Origin: a virus | Taxonomy: Duplodnaviria > Caudoviricetes | Strand: one strand, 5' to 3' | IMG/VR virus record: IMGVR_UViG_3300037461_001438 | Location: 1 to 64,000 of that record | DNA: 64,000 nucleotides | Shown here: positions 46,284 to 57,185 of the stretch, piece after piece | Layout: every line of letters begins with the position of its first letter | Numbering within the stretch: position 1 is the first letter of the stretch | Notes under the pieces: model-generated | What the model saw: only the letters and a program-made list of their open reading frames with translations | Databases searched by the model: none | Told to the model about the DNA's origin: nothing | Position numbers and translations under genes: made by a program

Positions 46284-46628
46284 CTACCCGAGAATCTTCT
46301 TGATCGCGGCGTAATAGGCGTTCGCTTTTTCCGAAGAGCCGCGGTCCTTCATGAGATTTACAAGCTTGACCAGCAACTTAGCATCCTCCTCCGAGATGTC
46401 GATGTCCGACAGCAGAATCGGCAGGGGAACCCCGAGGATCTCGGCAAGTTTTGGCATCTTTTCGACATCGACGCCCCTGACCCCGTTTTCAATCTGGCTC
46501 AGCGTACCCGTCGACAGGTAGCCAAGCTCCTTCGCCAGTTCGACCTGGGTGATCCTCTTCAGCTTGCGGAACACCTGGATCTTGTGGCCCATTGCCTCCC
46601 TTACCACTTTTTGCATAACCCCTCCCAT
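46284..46628 (-). CDS. XRE/HTH_3 repressor (CI-like, no S24 domain)
   Basis: ITQVELAKELGYLSTGTLSQIENG; divergent from the replication operon. Confidence 0.85.
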   Translation of the reverse strand: MGGVMQKVVREAMGHKIQVFRKLKRITQVELAKELGYLSTGTLSQIENGVRGVDVEKMPKLAEILGVPLPILLSDIDISEEDAKLLVKLVNLMKDRGSSEKANAYYAAIKKILG

Positions 46629-46658
46629 GGATTTATGCGCCGGGAGCCGTAAAATAGC

Positions 46659-46720
46659 TTGACTTAAAATCTCACTAATAGCTATAATACAAACTGCCCG
46701 GTAGCTCTCTCATAGTAAGA
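46659..46720 (+). promoter_or_regulatory. Early rightward promoter plus two operator-like sites
   Basis: TTGACT-18 nt-TATAAT; TCTCAC-TAATA-GCTATA (46670-86) and GCTCTC-TCATA-GTAAGA (46704-20). Confidence 0.65.
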
Positions 46721-46794
46721 CAGAATCCTGTTTGTCAAGAAAAATTTTTATTATTTCTGTTTTTGAATTCATACTATTTTAATGGAGAAAGCCG

Positions 46795-48261
46795 TTGCAG
46801 TACCCCCCATCAAAGACCCCTCCGTGGCGTCATCAGGTCGAGTGCTGGAAAAGGGCCAAGGACGTCCCGGCGTTTTATGTCGCACACGACATGGGTGCCG
46901 GAAAGTCGAAAGTCGCCGTCGACTACTGCAACGGGATCAACGCCAAAAAGGTCCTCATCATCTGTCCCAAAAAAGTAATCAGCGTCTGGCCCTCGCAATT
47001 TAACAAACACAGCCATGCCCGGTTCCGTTTGCTTGCGAAAGAAAATGGCTCTATAGCAAGCCAGTCTGAAGAAATAAAGAAATTTATCTCTACCTATGAA
47101 AATTATGGCGGCGTGGCCGTTGTCTTAAATTACGAGCGCTTCTGGCGAGCCCCGCTCGGCCCTTCCTACAACGAGAGAAACAGAATGGTCGACATCGGCC
47201 TTCTGTCGAAAATCCAGTGGGACCTTCTGATCGCAGACGAGGCCCACCGGATCAAAGCCCCGAACGGGCAGGCCGCCTGGGGCATGGCGCGGCTTGCGCA
47301 GCGCGTTCCGCGGCGGCTTTTTCTTTCCGGCACGCCGATGCCACACAGCCCGCTCGACATCTACTCGCAGTTTCGGGCACTCGCCCCGGAAGTCTTCGGC
47401 CGCAAATACACCGCCTTCAAAATGAATTACTGCATCATGGGTGGCTTCGAGAACCGGCAGGTTGTGGCATTTAAAAATCTTGAAGACCTTCATAATAAAT
47501 TTTACTCGATCGCTCACCGCGTCACCATCGAAGAGGCGGTCGACCTTCCCGAATTCAATGACGTCAACATTGATGTCGACCTGTCGCCCAAGGCAAAGAA
47601 AATCTACAGCCAGCTTGAGCGCGAGTTTATCGCCGAATGCGAAAACGGAGAAATAACCGCCGACAATTCGCTCACGAAGCTTCTGCGCCTGGCCCAGATC
47701 GCTGGCGGCAACCTCAAGCTTGACAGCGGCAGAGAGGAAATCATCGACTCCGGTAAAATCGACACTGCCGCGGAGATCATTCAGGATCTTCCGCCGGATG
47801 AGCCGGTTGTCGTCTTCGCCCGGTTCCGGTCAGAAATAGAGCGGATGAAACAAGCCGTCACGGGGCTTGGCCGGAAACCGGGCGAAATCACCGGCAGCCA
47901 GAACGATCTTAAGAAATGGGGCGCTGGCGAGATCGACACGGTCGTCGTGCAGATCCAGGCGTGCGGCGAAGGGATCGACCTCACAAGGTCGCGCTACTGC
48001 ATTTATCTGTCAAAAGGCTACAGCCTGGGGCAGGTCATGCAAAGCCGCGCCAGGGTCCACCGGCCGGGGCAGTCCCGCAAGGTAACCTACTACCACATCA
48101 ACGCCAAAGGCACGGTCGACGTCCTGATCGAGCGCGCCATCAAAACGAAACAGAAGATCACCAACGACGTTCTCGATATCAAGGACATTGTCTTGAACGA
48201 ACTCAAGGAGGAGTGCCATGTTGGACACCGAGAAACTGATGAAATACGCGAGGCTGTTTAG
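46795..48261 (+). CDS. SNF2-family helicase
   Basis: DMGAGKS, DEAH, LSGTP, QACGEGIDL, ARVHRPGQ. Confidence 0.92.
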   Translation: MQYPPSKTPPWRHQVECWKRAKDVPAFYVAHDMGAGKSKVAVDYCNGINAKKVLIICPKKVISVWPSQFNKHSHARFRLLAKENGSIASQSEEIKKFISTYENYGGVAVVLNYERFWRAPLGPSYNERNRMVDIGLLSKIQWDLLIADEAHRIKAPNGQAAWGMARLAQRVPRRLFLSGTPMPHSPLDIYSQFRALAPEVFGRKYTAFKMNYCIMGGFENRQVVAFKNLEDLHNKFYSIAHRVTIEEAVDLPEFNDVNIDVDLSPKAKKIYSQLEREFIAECENGEITADNSLTKLLRLAQIAGGNLKLDSGREEIIDSGKIDTAAEIIQDLPPDEPVVVFARFRSEIERMKQAVTGLGRKPGEITGSQNDLKKWGAGEIDTVVVQIQACGEGIDLTRSRYCIYLSKGYSLGQVMQSRARVHRPGQSRKVTYYHINAKGTVDVLIERAIKTKQKITNDVLDIKDIVLNELKEECHVGHRETDEIREAV

Positions 48262-48619
48262 AGCAAGAAAGAAACTGAAGAAAAAATACGACGCGCTCGG
48301 CAAAGACCTTGAGTCCATGGGCTCCGGACTGATCGAGCATTTGTCGGAAAACCAGATCGACAAATGCAATCTCCATGGAGGGTACGTCGTCTACATCGAC
48401 ACGAAGATCTGGCCAAAGCTCAAAGCCTCGCGCGAAAAAGTCGTCGAGGCCCTCAAGGCGGCCGGCCATGGCGACATCGTCAACGAGACATTCAATACCA
48501 ACTCCCTTGCATCATGGCTGCGCGAGCTCGACGCCCTCGACCAGGATGTCCCAGAGCCGCTGCAGGACTACATCGAAAAGAACCCGGTATCAACCCTGCT
48601 CGTCAAAAAGTTTAAATGA
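48218..48619 (+). CDS. Conserved-looking phage replication-region protein
   Basis: AGGAGG RBS; ETFNTNSLASWLRE. Confidence 0.65.
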   Translation: MLDTEKLMKYARLFRARKKLKKKYDALGKDLESMGSGLIEHLSENQIDKCNLHGGYVVYIDTKIWPKLKASREKVVEALKAAGHGDIVNETFNTNSLASWLRELDALDQDVPEPLQDYIEKNPVSTLLVKKFK

Positions 48620-48737
48620 TGTTCTCTTATGACCTTTTTTCTCGCTATCCGCAAGATTCCCCAAGGAAGGGGGGACGCAAGCTGCAGGGGGTTGGATAAG
48701 CGACTTGTGGCAAAAACACTCAAACGGAGAAAGTACA

Positions 48738-49508
48738 ATGTCCAGCAAATCGGTAGCCAAGAAAGAAGTGAACGGTAACGAGCTCATGGTCCCGACGCAA
48801 TTCGCCATCATGGAGTTCCGCGACAAGGATGAAATCCAAAGCCTCATCAGGGAGAACCTGGGCGGCACGGGCATTTCCGCACAAGATCTGCCCAACATCA
48901 CCGTCCCCGGTGGAGGCGGTCTTTCCTGGGAAGTCCCCGGGATCGACGGCGTTCAGAGCACCCCCTCGCTCGAGGGAATCATCATCGGCATCAAGGCCAC
49001 ACGCCGGTTCTACGAAAAGGACTTCAACGAAACCGGCGGCGGCACCCCTCCGGACTGCTTCAGCCCCGATGGCCTTACAGGCTACGGGCGCCCTGGAGGC
49101 GACTGCATGGCCTGCCCCAACAATCAGTTCGAGCAGGATACCGATGGCACCACCAGCAAGCGCTGCAAGGAGCGCAAGCTGATCTTCATGGTTCTGAAGG
49201 ATGACATTCTGCCGGTTGTAATCCATGCGCCGGTCATGAGCATCAAGCCGGTCACCCAGTATCAGATCAACCTCACATCCAAACGTCAGCGGCTGGAGCA
49301 CGTCTACACGAAGCTGTCTCTCGCCAACGACAAAAGCAAGGGCAAGAACATCAAGTATTCGATGATCCAGCCCGTGAAGACCGGCGACGTCGAACTCGAA
49401 AAACGCGAAGTGATCGACGCCTACGTCGCTGCCATCAAGCCCTACCTCGTCAAGACGATCGACGATCTGGCCCGTTTCGGAAACGGTAACGGGCACGAGG
49501 AGAAGTAG
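48738..49508 (+). CDS. Probable ssDNA-binding/annealing protein
   Basis: PGGGGLSWE, PPDCFS.DG, C..CP.NQF, CKE, P.MSIK. Confidence 0.45.
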   Translation: MSSKSVAKKEVNGNELMVPTQFAIMEFRDKDEIQSLIRENLGGTGISAQDLPNITVPGGGGLSWEVPGIDGVQSTPSLEGIIIGIKATRRFYEKDFNETGGGTPPDCFSPDGLTGYGRPGGDCMACPNNQFEQDTDGTTSKRCKERKLIFMVLKDDILPVVIHAPVMSIKPVTQYQINLTSKRQRLEHVYTKLSLANDKSKGKNIKYSMIQPVKTGDVELEKREVIDAYVAAIKPYLVKTIDDLARFGNGNGHEEK

Positions 49509-49753
49509 CACCGAATGCAATAACAAAGTGGGGTGAGGAAAAATTCTCACCCCATTTCCCATGGAAAGAGGTATGGCGATGCAACTGTTCTGTAGATTCT
49601 GCTTTCGCACATCGCCCGTCTTCATCACCAAATCGAAATGTCACTTCGAAGCACAATGCCGCATCTGTAAAGCACACATCAAATTCTTGAACAAAAAAGA
49701 AGTCTATCAATTTCTTGAAGAACTGTTGCGGGGCCAGGGATCATGGAGACAAA

Positions 49754-51547
49754 ATGGATGCAAGACAATTCCTCAACCAACTGTTCGGAGACAAGCCCGA
49801 TGATGCGCATGTCTGCATTTGGACATACCCGGCCAAACGATCCTACTTCTTCTCGGACGTAGACGCCGCCGCAGACAAATCGGTTTTGCTCACTGGCAAG
49901 GAAGATGTCTACGTCGGATGCGGCCTTTACCGTAAAGACCTTGGGCCAAAAAACAGGGGCAGCAAGGAAGACGTTGTCGGCCTGCCCGGTTTCTGGATGG
50001 ACATCGACGTCGCAGGAGACGCTCACAAAAAAAGCGATCTGCCCCCGACCGTCGATGATGCCGTAAAGCTGATTACCGGAAACGGGTTCGACCCGACCAT
50101 CATCGTTCACTCCGGAAACGGAGTTCACGCGTGGTGGCTCTTCAAGGAGCCGGTGATGTTCGGCGACGGCGCAACGCCGGACTCGCTTGAATACGCAAAT
50201 GAGCGGCTCCAGCTGACGATAAGGTCAAAGGCTCAGGCAAAAGGCTGGAAGCTTGATTCAACCCACGACATTACCCGGATCCTGCGAATACCAGGAACCA
50301 TAAATAAGAAAGGAGGTGCAAACAAGCCGGTCACCTGCATCAAATCAGACGGCCCCCGCTACGGCGGCCCCGAAGATTTCGACCCCTTCATGGTGACCGA
50401 CCTACCCACCCAATCCGCCAAAGTAACCAAAGAAGAAAAAAAGCAAGTTGCAAAAAGTATTGTCGTTGATCTGAATGCACCGGCCCCGCCGCAGGTCGAA
50501 ATCCTCATGAACGAACCGAAGTTCAGAGCGACCTGGATGGGCACGCGGGGCGATTTCGACAAGCAGTCGCCAAGCGAGTACGTCATGAGCGTCGCCTCTT
50601 TCGGCGCCCGTTGGGGAATGAGCGACCAGGAGATAACCGACATGATCGTCTCCTGGTATCGGTCGCACATCGAGAACCCGAAGTTCAAGCTGCGCCAAAA
50701 CCCGATCTCGATGGATAAGCTCCTGCGTCCCGACTACATCCCAGGGACCATCGCAAGGGCACGCCACCAATGCGACCGAAACGACGCCAAAGAATTCATC
50801 CACGAGGCGGCCAACGCCACAGACCCGGCAGTCAGGGAGGCGCTGCACATCACCGCCGACCTTGCCCGCGAGAAGGTGTCGCAGGCTATCGGCATGAACA
50901 TCGTCAAAATCGTCAAGTACAATCGCGGCGAAAAAGACCCTTACTACGACATGCACACATCGACGCATGTGATCCAGTTCAGAAAGCCGGACGATCTCTT
51001 CCGGCTGGATCGGTTCAAGCTAAGGGTCGCCGGTGTGGCCAACCTGCTGCCGGACATCACTTCAAAAGACTGGAAGGCGATCGCGCGGCTCTTCCATGAG
51101 TTCATGATCGAAGAGCACGTCGATGCCGACCAAGCGACCGTATCTGGCCGCGTCAAGTCATGGTCCGAGGGCTACCTTGAGGACAAGCCGGCCAGGAAAT
51201 TAAGCGAGGTCACATTCGGCAACGAGCCCTTTGTCCACAACGGCCACTGGCATGTGTTTACCCGGCAATTCCAGCGATTCGTCTGGCTGAGCTGCCGGGT
51301 CGCGGGCGATGCCAGCGACATCGAACTCGATCTTCGCCGCGCAGGTGCCGAAAAAATCTCATACAACTACGCACACCCCACACGCGCAGGCGCCCGCCGC
51401 AAAATCATCGTGTGGAAACTCCCAACCGCAATCGCCTTCCCGCCGCCCATGCCGGTAGAAGACGACTGCGACCTCGGAAAGGAAACCCAAAGTGGATCAA
51501 AAAATCCTCGATCAAATCGCAGACCAAGTCGCGCAGTTAATGAATGA
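49754..51547 (+). CDS. AEP-superfamily primase (RepB-like)
   Basis: GFWMDIDV (DxD), VHSGNGVHAWW, DITRILRIPGT.N.K. Confidence 0.8.
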   Translation: MDARQFLNQLFGDKPDDAHVCIWTYPAKRSYFFSDVDAAADKSVLLTGKEDVYVGCGLYRKDLGPKNRGSKEDVVGLPGFWMDIDVAGDAHKKSDLPPTVDDAVKLITGNGFDPTIIVHSGNGVHAWWLFKEPVMFGDGATPDSLEYANERLQLTIRSKAQAKGWKLDSTHDITRILRIPGTINKKGGANKPVTCIKSDGPRYGGPEDFDPFMVTDLPTQSAKVTKEEKKQVAKSIVVDLNAPAPPQVEILMNEPKFRATWMGTRGDFDKQSPSEYVMSVASFGARWGMSDQEITDMIVSWYRSHIENPKFKLRQNPISMDKLLRPDYIPGTIARARHQCDRNDAKEFIHEAANATDPAVREALHITADLAREKVSQAIGMNIVKIVKYNRGEKDPYYDMHTSTHVIQFRKPDDLFRLDRFKLRVAGVANLLPDITSKDWKAIARLFHEFMIEEHVDADQATVSGRVKSWSEGYLEDKPARKLSEVTFGNEPFVHNGHWHVFTRQFQRFVWLSCRVAGDASDIELDLRRAGAEKISYNYAHPTRAGARRKIIVWKLPTAIAFPPPMPVEDDCDLGKETQSGSKNPRSNRRPSRAVNE

Positions 51548-51755
51548 CTACAGCTCCGATCTTGAAAAAGGCCTCAAGGCCTCGCCCAAGGGGCTTCGAA
51601 TCGGCTTCGGCGCCAAGGTGAAGCCGGAGAAGGAGCCCGGCAAGTTCAAGATCACAACCTCAATGTCCTTTTCCACCCAGCCCAAGCAGCCGCCTGCCGG
51701 CCAGGTCAAGGACAAGATGGAAGTGGTCGTTAAATGTTCCAGCGACTCCAACTGA
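51492..51755 (+). CDS. Hypothetical protein
   Basis: AAGGA RBS, GTG start. Confidence 0.55.
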   Translation: MDQKILDQIADQVAQLMNDYSSDLEKGLKASPKGLRIGFGAKVKPEKEPGKFKITTSMSFSTQPKQPPAGQVKDKMEVVVKCSSDSN

Positions 51756-52285
51756 TCCTGGCCTGGTTCACCAGGTTCAATTTCAGGCTCAAGTGGCTTG
51801 CGGTCTACATGTCGATCGTGGGCCTTGTGACCTTTCCCTTGTTTATCCACGAGGAGGCGCTGCAGACCATCATGTTCGGCACTTGGCAGGCGGCCGCAGC
51901 CGACCGCTACGACATCATCGCGAACGGCGCAAACATGATGGAGAAGATCAACCGGAGCATGAAAACCATCAACTATGTCTTCGGCTGGGTAAACCCGTTG
52001 TCGTTCATGTCCTACGGCGCCTATGGCAACGCCACGGATTTTTACATCGAGGCCAGCCGGGCGAAGATCATGCGCAAGGCGCCGCACCTGGTCACAGGAG
52101 TCGAGGTCAGGGTTGATTTCAAGCCATCCAAGATCGAGCGGCTCATCGACGGAAGATGGCTTGGAATCGACGCCAGCAACATCGGCGTCATTTTCAACAA
52201 CGAGCCAAAGCTGAACCAGACGATCCGCATCGAAGGCATCTACGAGATGCTCGACGGACGCCTGGTGATAAAGGAGAACGCATGA
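51734..52285 (+). CDS. Membrane-anchored hypothetical protein
   Basis: N-terminal TM segment, OB-like C-terminus. Confidence 0.55.
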   Translation: MFQRLQLILAWFTRFNFRLKWLAVYMSIVGLVTFPLFIHEEALQTIMFGTWQAAAADRYDIIANGANMMEKINRSMKTINYVFGWVNPLSFMSYGAYGNATDFYIEASRAKIMRKAPHLVTGVEVRVDFKPSKIERLIDGRWLGIDASNIGVIFNNEPKLNQTIRIEGIYEMLDGRLVIKENA

Positions 52286-52449
52286 AGACAGCAGGAAGAC
52301 CCCCGGCAACAGGAAATTTCAAGACCAGGGAGCAGCTCGTGAAGTTCGTGACGAAGATGTCCAAGAAGGGAGCCCACCCTAACGCGATCGCGAAGGAAGC
52401 CGGGCTGAGCGAATTCACCATCCGGAAGATATGCAAAAACGGAAAGTAA
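52282..52449 (+). CDS. Small HTH protein
   Basis: HPNAIAKEAGLSEFTIRKI. Confidence 0.6.
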   Translation: MKTAGRPPATGNFKTREQLVKFVTKMSKKGAHPNAIAKEAGLSEFTIRKICKNGK

Positions 52450-52639
52450 TCATCGGCGTTCCAAAGCCATCATGGTCGAAAGGTAACGCCCTGTTCTCGC
52501 CGGACAGGGCGTACACCTTTACCCTTTATTACCCTAAGTGGGCGCCGACGTTTGAAGTCTACACGTTCACGGCAAACAACGGCAAAAATTACATACTGCC
52601 ATTATCCCAAATCGAAGAGGATTTCATATTGGTGTAGCC

Positions 52640-54355
52640 ATGGAGGAATACAGAATCTTCGGGCCGCCAGGGACCGGAAAGTCGACTATCCTGGCGACCA
52701 AGTATATCCCGGACGCCATCGCGAAATACGGCGCTGATGCGGTCATGGTGACAAGCTTCACGCGGGCCGCGGCGGCCGAGATCGCCTCGAAGAAGTCCCG
52801 TGAAACCGGCAGGACCATTGCGGTGCCGCAGTCAATGGTCGGCACCCTGCATTCGATCTGCTACAACGCGCTCGGGTGCCCCAACATCATCGAAACCGAC
52901 GTCAAACTGATCCGCGAATGGAACATGCGCCATGAGCCTTGGGCCATTAATGGAAAAAATCTCGGCTCAATCGATGAGGGCGGCAAGGATTCCTATGGCG
53001 CCAACGGCAGCAACCACGGCGACAAGGTGTTCAATTCGATCAAGATTTTGCGAAACCGCATCTCCGACAAGCGGTTCTGGAGCATAGAGCAGATCGGGTT
53101 CATCGAAAAATGGAACGAATTCAAAAAGGAGACGGACTCGGTCGACTTCACCGATCTGGTCGAACTTGGGATCGAACGGCTCCTGCACGCGCCAGGCAAC
53201 CCGAAGGTCATCTTCGTCGACGAAGCCCAGGATTTCACTCGCCTCCAGCTCAAGCTGATCCGCAGCTGGGCGATGGACATGGACTACATCGTCCTTGTGG
53301 GCGATGACGACCAGCAACTCTACTCGTGGGCCGGCACGAGCTCGGATGCGATGATCAAACCTGAGATCCCGGCCCAAAACAAGCGCGTCTTAAAGCAGTC
53401 CTACCGGGTGCCGCGTGCGATCCTCGAGCGGGCAACCCAGATGATCCAAAGGGTCGACACCCGGGAGCCCAAGGTCTACCTGCCAAGGGTTGACCGCAAG
53501 ACCGGCTTGACCGCAGAAGGGCTCGTGGAGGAGCATCCAGCAAACTGGCGCGAGCCGGACGAACTGATCGACCATGTGCTCGGCAAAATATCCCAAAACA
53601 AGACCTGCATGATCTTGGCATCGTGCAGTTTTATGATCACCCCGATCAAGAAGCTTTTGATGGAGAACGGCATCCCGTTTGAGAACCGATACCGCCGCAC
53701 ACGGGCCGATTGGAACCCGCTCTTCAGGTCGGAGGCCAAGATCGAACGGGTCGATCCGGGGAACCTGCTGCTCGCCTTTCTTGGAAACGGTGTCGATCCG
53801 CCCTACTGGAACGTCGCCCAGCTTGTGATGTGGGCCCAGCACCTTACGACCAGCGACCAAGGGCTCAAACGCAAGGTCGGCCATGCCGGCATCGACGCCC
53901 TCAAGGCCGCCATCGAGGCCAAGGAGCACGGGCTCCACACCACGCGCGAGGTGCTTTCGCAGATCATGACCGAGACGGCGGTCGAGCGGGCGCTGGCAAG
54001 AGATGTTTATTGGCTGCAAGACAACCTTAAGGCCGCCCGCCGGTCAGACACCTTCAACTACATGGTGAGGGTCCACGACAAATTCGGGGCCGCTGCGATC
54101 GAGGAACCGCCCCTTGTCACCACAGGTACCATTCACAGCGTTAAAGGCGGAGAGGCGCAATGCGTCTATCTTTTCCCGGACATCAGCTTTCAAGCCGACA
54201 ACGAAATGCAGAACCCGGATCCCGAGGGCCGCGATGCGATCTACCGGATGTTCTACGTCGGCATGACGCGGGCGAGCGAGGAGCTCTATCTTTGCAGCCC
54301 GGCATACAGCGGGCGCGACAAAAGCGGCCAGGCAAGAATGTTTGTCGAACTTTAA
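52640..54355 (+). CDS. UvrD/Rep-like SF1 helicase
   Basis: GPPGTGKS, SFTRAAA, TLHS, VDEAQD, VGDDDQ, QSYR, GTIHSVKGGE, YVGMTRA. Confidence 0.92.
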   Translation: MEEYRIFGPPGTGKSTILATKYIPDAIAKYGADAVMVTSFTRAAAAEIASKKSRETGRTIAVPQSMVGTLHSICYNALGCPNIIETDVKLIREWNMRHEPWAINGKNLGSIDEGGKDSYGANGSNHGDKVFNSIKILRNRISDKRFWSIEQIGFIEKWNEFKKETDSVDFTDLVELGIERLLHAPGNPKVIFVDEAQDFTRLQLKLIRSWAMDMDYIVLVGDDDQQLYSWAGTSSDAMIKPEIPAQNKRVLKQSYRVPRAILERATQMIQRVDTREPKVYLPRVDRKTGLTAEGLVEEHPANWREPDELIDHVLGKISQNKTCMILASCSFMITPIKKLLMENGIPFENRYRRTRADWNPLFRSEAKIERVDPGNLLLAFLGNGVDPPYWNVAQLVMWAQHLTTSDQGLKRKVGHAGIDALKAAIEAKEHGLHTTREVLSQIMTETAVERALARDVYWLQDNLKAARRSDTFNYMVRVHDKFGAAAIEEPPLVTTGTIHSVKGGEAQCVYLFPDISFQADNEMQNPDPEGRDAIYRMFYVGMTRASEELYLCSPAYSGRDKSGQARMFVEL

Positions 54356-54371
54356 ATCGAAGGAGAAAAAC

Positions 54372-54869
54372 ATGTCCGGTGATACCGAAGAAAAAATCGT
54401 TCAGGAAATCCTGAAGCTTGCAATATTTTCATGCCTTTTGAAAAAAATTTCCGACTGGGGCAAGACCGGAAAGCTTGACGAAATGGCCGGAAAAACAGTT
54501 GAAGTCCCAATCGATGTCCCGGCTGCCTTTTTGGAGGCAACCGAAGATCTCGTCGCAGAACAACTAATCACCGAAAAGGAAGTCCAGGTCGTCTGCTCCA
54601 GGGCGCTCGATGAACATTGCAAGCGTTTTCAACTCAAAAAGCCGAAATCATTTTTCTACCCTGGGATAAAGGTTAGAAAAAACACAAAGCCGATCGATAT
54701 TTTGAAAACGTTTATCACCACTGCCATCCGTCACGAAGTCCTTGGAGAAAGACAAATCATTAAAAGCCATACAGAATTCACTAATTCGCTGGACATGATC
54801 GGGGCGCTGATCATGCAGCTAAACAAGGAGCGCGGCCAAAGTGAAACGGGGAATCAAACTCTCCATTAA
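54372..54869 (+). CDS. Hypothetical protein
   Basis: AAGGAG RBS. Confidence 0.6.
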   Translation: MSGDTEEKIVQEILKLAIFSCLLKKISDWGKTGKLDEMAGKTVEVPIDVPAAFLEATEDLVAEQLITEKEVQVVCSRALDEHCKRFQLKKPKSFFYPGIKVRKNTKPIDILKTFITTAIRHEVLGERQIIKSHTEFTNSLDMIGALIMQLNKERGQSETGNQTLH

Positions 54870-55221
54870 CGAAGGCGAAGTCGTCGGCGTATCCACCGAA
54901 GAAGACGGAAACGGCCCTTGTGTTGCCGGCATTAAATCATGCCGGCACTCAGACAACTACTTCTGCAAGGCCGAAGGTGGCGGCATGTACGCCTTTGCGA
55001 TGCTCAAGTGCCCGCTCGATAAGTGGCGCATCATCGACTACACGCTCGATAAAACGCCCGCCAAAAAACGACCGGAGGAAGAAGGCGCCTGCAGCCGCTG
55101 CGGAGAAAAAATCTTCTGGAGGCTTCCGACAAGCGACCATCTTGTCTGCATGACCTGCTCGCCGCCGGCCGTTGACAACTACATCGTCGTCAGAGAGGGG
55201 GTCGAAGGAAATGGGGGGTGA
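54841..55221 (+). CDS. Cys-rich (zinc-finger-like) protein
   Basis: CSRC...CMTC plus additional Cys. Confidence 0.5.
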   Translation: MKRGIKLSINEGEVVGVSTEEDGNGPCVAGIKSCRHSDNYFCKAEGGGMYAFAMLKCPLDKWRIIDYTLDKTPAKKRPEEEGACSRCGEKIFWRLPTSDHLVCMTCSPPAVDNYIVVREGVEGNGG

Positions 55222-55391
55222 GTTCAACCTTGATGATGATGTCTTTTTTAGCTATAAACACAGGACATTATATGGCACCATCATCGGGTTTGCAGGCGAC
55301 CGCTACCGGGTCCGGCTCTTCAACAGCGAGCGGGTTTTCCGGGTAATACCATCGGCGTTAAAACTCTTGACACCAAATCTCACTGATAGTA

Positions 55392-55751
55392 ATGCAGCAG
55401 AAGGTACTTGAGAAAAATATCGCAAAGCGCATCATCTCCGCCCTGAACAAAATACCGATGACCAGGGTCTGGAAGCGACGCGCCGGGCCGTTCGAAAAAG
55501 GCCGTGCCGACATTACCGGCGCAAGCCGTGGCGTCCGAGTCGAGATCGAAGTAAAACGCCCCGGCGAACAGCCGACCGATCTTCAGGCCAAGTGGCTGCG
55601 CGAGATGCGCGAGCTCGGCTGCATCAGTGGTGTGGCTTACTCGGAGGAGGACGCGATTGAAATTCTCGAAAGCTTTTTTCCCGCACAAACGACCGCTTGT
55701 CAAAGTTCTTGTTGTCGTGATCGAAGAGACATTGCGGCTTATAAGAACTGA
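55392..55751 (+). CDS. VRR-NUC / PD-(D/E)xK nuclease
   Basis: G.ADI, EIEVKRPG..PT.LQ..W. Confidence 0.8.
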   Translation: MQQKVLEKNIAKRIISALNKIPMTRVWKRRAGPFEKGRADITGASRGVRVEIEVKRPGEQPTDLQAKWLREMRELGCISGVAYSEEDAIEILESFFPAQTTACQSSCCRDRRDIAAYKN

Positions 55752-56373
55752 AGGTGATATTATTCTCGAGAAGGAATTCTGCATCACTGGCGAAGGCAAA
55801 TACCCTAAAAATTTTGTGTTAAATACGCCTACGGAACTGGTGATGCCCAAATGGTACGCAATCAAAACGACCTTGCCGTTTACCGAATTGGAAGAATAAT
55901 TCGCTATCACATTACCGTTGCCGACTCCGGCAACACCATCTGCAACTGCAAAAGAATCGAAAACACCGGCAAACTGATGACGCTTACTGAAGTCTCCGAA
56001 GCGTTTCAAAAAACAAACAAAGGCTGCCTTATCTGTGGAAAAGTTCTCCAAAAGTTCATGGCAAACGCCAAAGCATATAAGGATAACAAGGTTTCACTAC
56101 GCGAATGTCATGGAATACCAAATAGCCCTTAATAAAGCCGAGGGTATTTTTTTCCAAGAGAAGATAATCGGAGACAACTATAAGTGCGGCATCTTCATGA
56201 AGCTTGTTGCAGCAATTGACCCATCTCCAAATAATTTTCTATACATCGTCGGCGTCAAATACGAAGAGGCCTCGACGCTGACGATGGAGCAAACCATGTT
56301 CTGGATAAATGTCTTTAATGAAAAGTTTAAAGGAAAAACTATTTTTGATGTATCTTAATGAAAGGGTATTGAA

Positions 56374-56823
56374 ATGAGAAAGTTTTTCAATGCGGTTTTC
56401 ATGCTATCTGTGATTGCCATCTCCGTTGCATCTTTGTATGAGGTGTGGTGGTGGGCTATTTTATTAGCTCAGATCTCGAGCATCGTTGTCTTACTTGGCA
56501 TCATCTGCGCATTCAAATTGGCCAAAACAGACACATTCACAAATCTCAAACAAATCACCATAAAGAAAAATATCATTCAAGCCTATCTCTGTGGCCAGCA
56601 TTTCCCCGTATATCTTGACTTCGCATTCTACGCAATCGTTATCGTCTTGTTCTCGATTTCAAGCAATTTCTTTCTTAGCACGATATGGCTCGCAATGGCA
56701 TTCTTTGACTTCAAGCTGCGCGAATACGCACATTGTGAAGAAGCCGTTCTTTTCGTTTCCGTCGCAGATCAATATTATGCATACATCGAAAAAATCCTTG
56801 CCGAGGAGAGTGAAAGAAAATGA
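56374..56823 (+). CDS. Multi-pass membrane protein in an A+T-rich patch
   Basis: About four hydrophobic segments. Confidence 0.6.
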   Translation: MRKFFNAVFMLSVIAISVASLYEVWWWAILLAQISSIVVLLGIICAFKLAKTDTFTNLKQITIKKNIIQAYLCGQHFPVYLDFAFYAIVIVLFSISSNFFLSTIWLAMAFFDFKLREYAHCEEAVLFVSVADQYYAYIEKILAEESERK

Positions 56824-57164
56824 TCTGCCCCCATTGCGGAAAACACATCGATCAGGTCAGGAAAAAGGAATATTCCGGCGGCAAGCAGCAGGAAAAGAAG
56901 TTCATCGAGTTCAGCTTCAAGATCAAGCGTGAAACCGCAAAGGCCATCGGCGTCGACTGGCTGGGAGAAGAGACGCTGTGGCTGCCCAAAAGCCAGTGCC
57001 GCCACACCACCGGGGAGGCCATCGGGGAGGATGACTTTGACGAAGGCCAGGTTGTCAGCCTCAACCTAACCGAATGGATCGCAAAGGAAAAAGGACTAAT
57101 CGAGGAAAACGGCGAGGCGAAGCCCAAGCCGAAACCTAAAGAAGAGGATGACATCCCCTTCTAA
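56820..57164 (+). CDS. Hypothetical protein
   Basis: CPHC start; WLPKSQ; DDIPF C-terminus resembling an SSB tail. Confidence 0.6.
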   Translation: MICPHCGKHIDQVRKKEYSGGKQQEKKFIEFSFKIKRETAKAIGVDWLGEETLWLPKSQCRHTTGEAIGEDDFDEGQVVSLNLTEWIAKEKGLIEENGEAKPKPKPKEEDDIPF

Positions 57165-57185
57165 AAACCTAAAAGGAGAAACACC

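Noticed and set aside
45803-46303. 166-aa plus-strand ORF in the immunity region
   Set aside because: It overlaps a minus-strand promoter, terminator and small ORF, has no RBS or motif, and opposes the local gene orientation.
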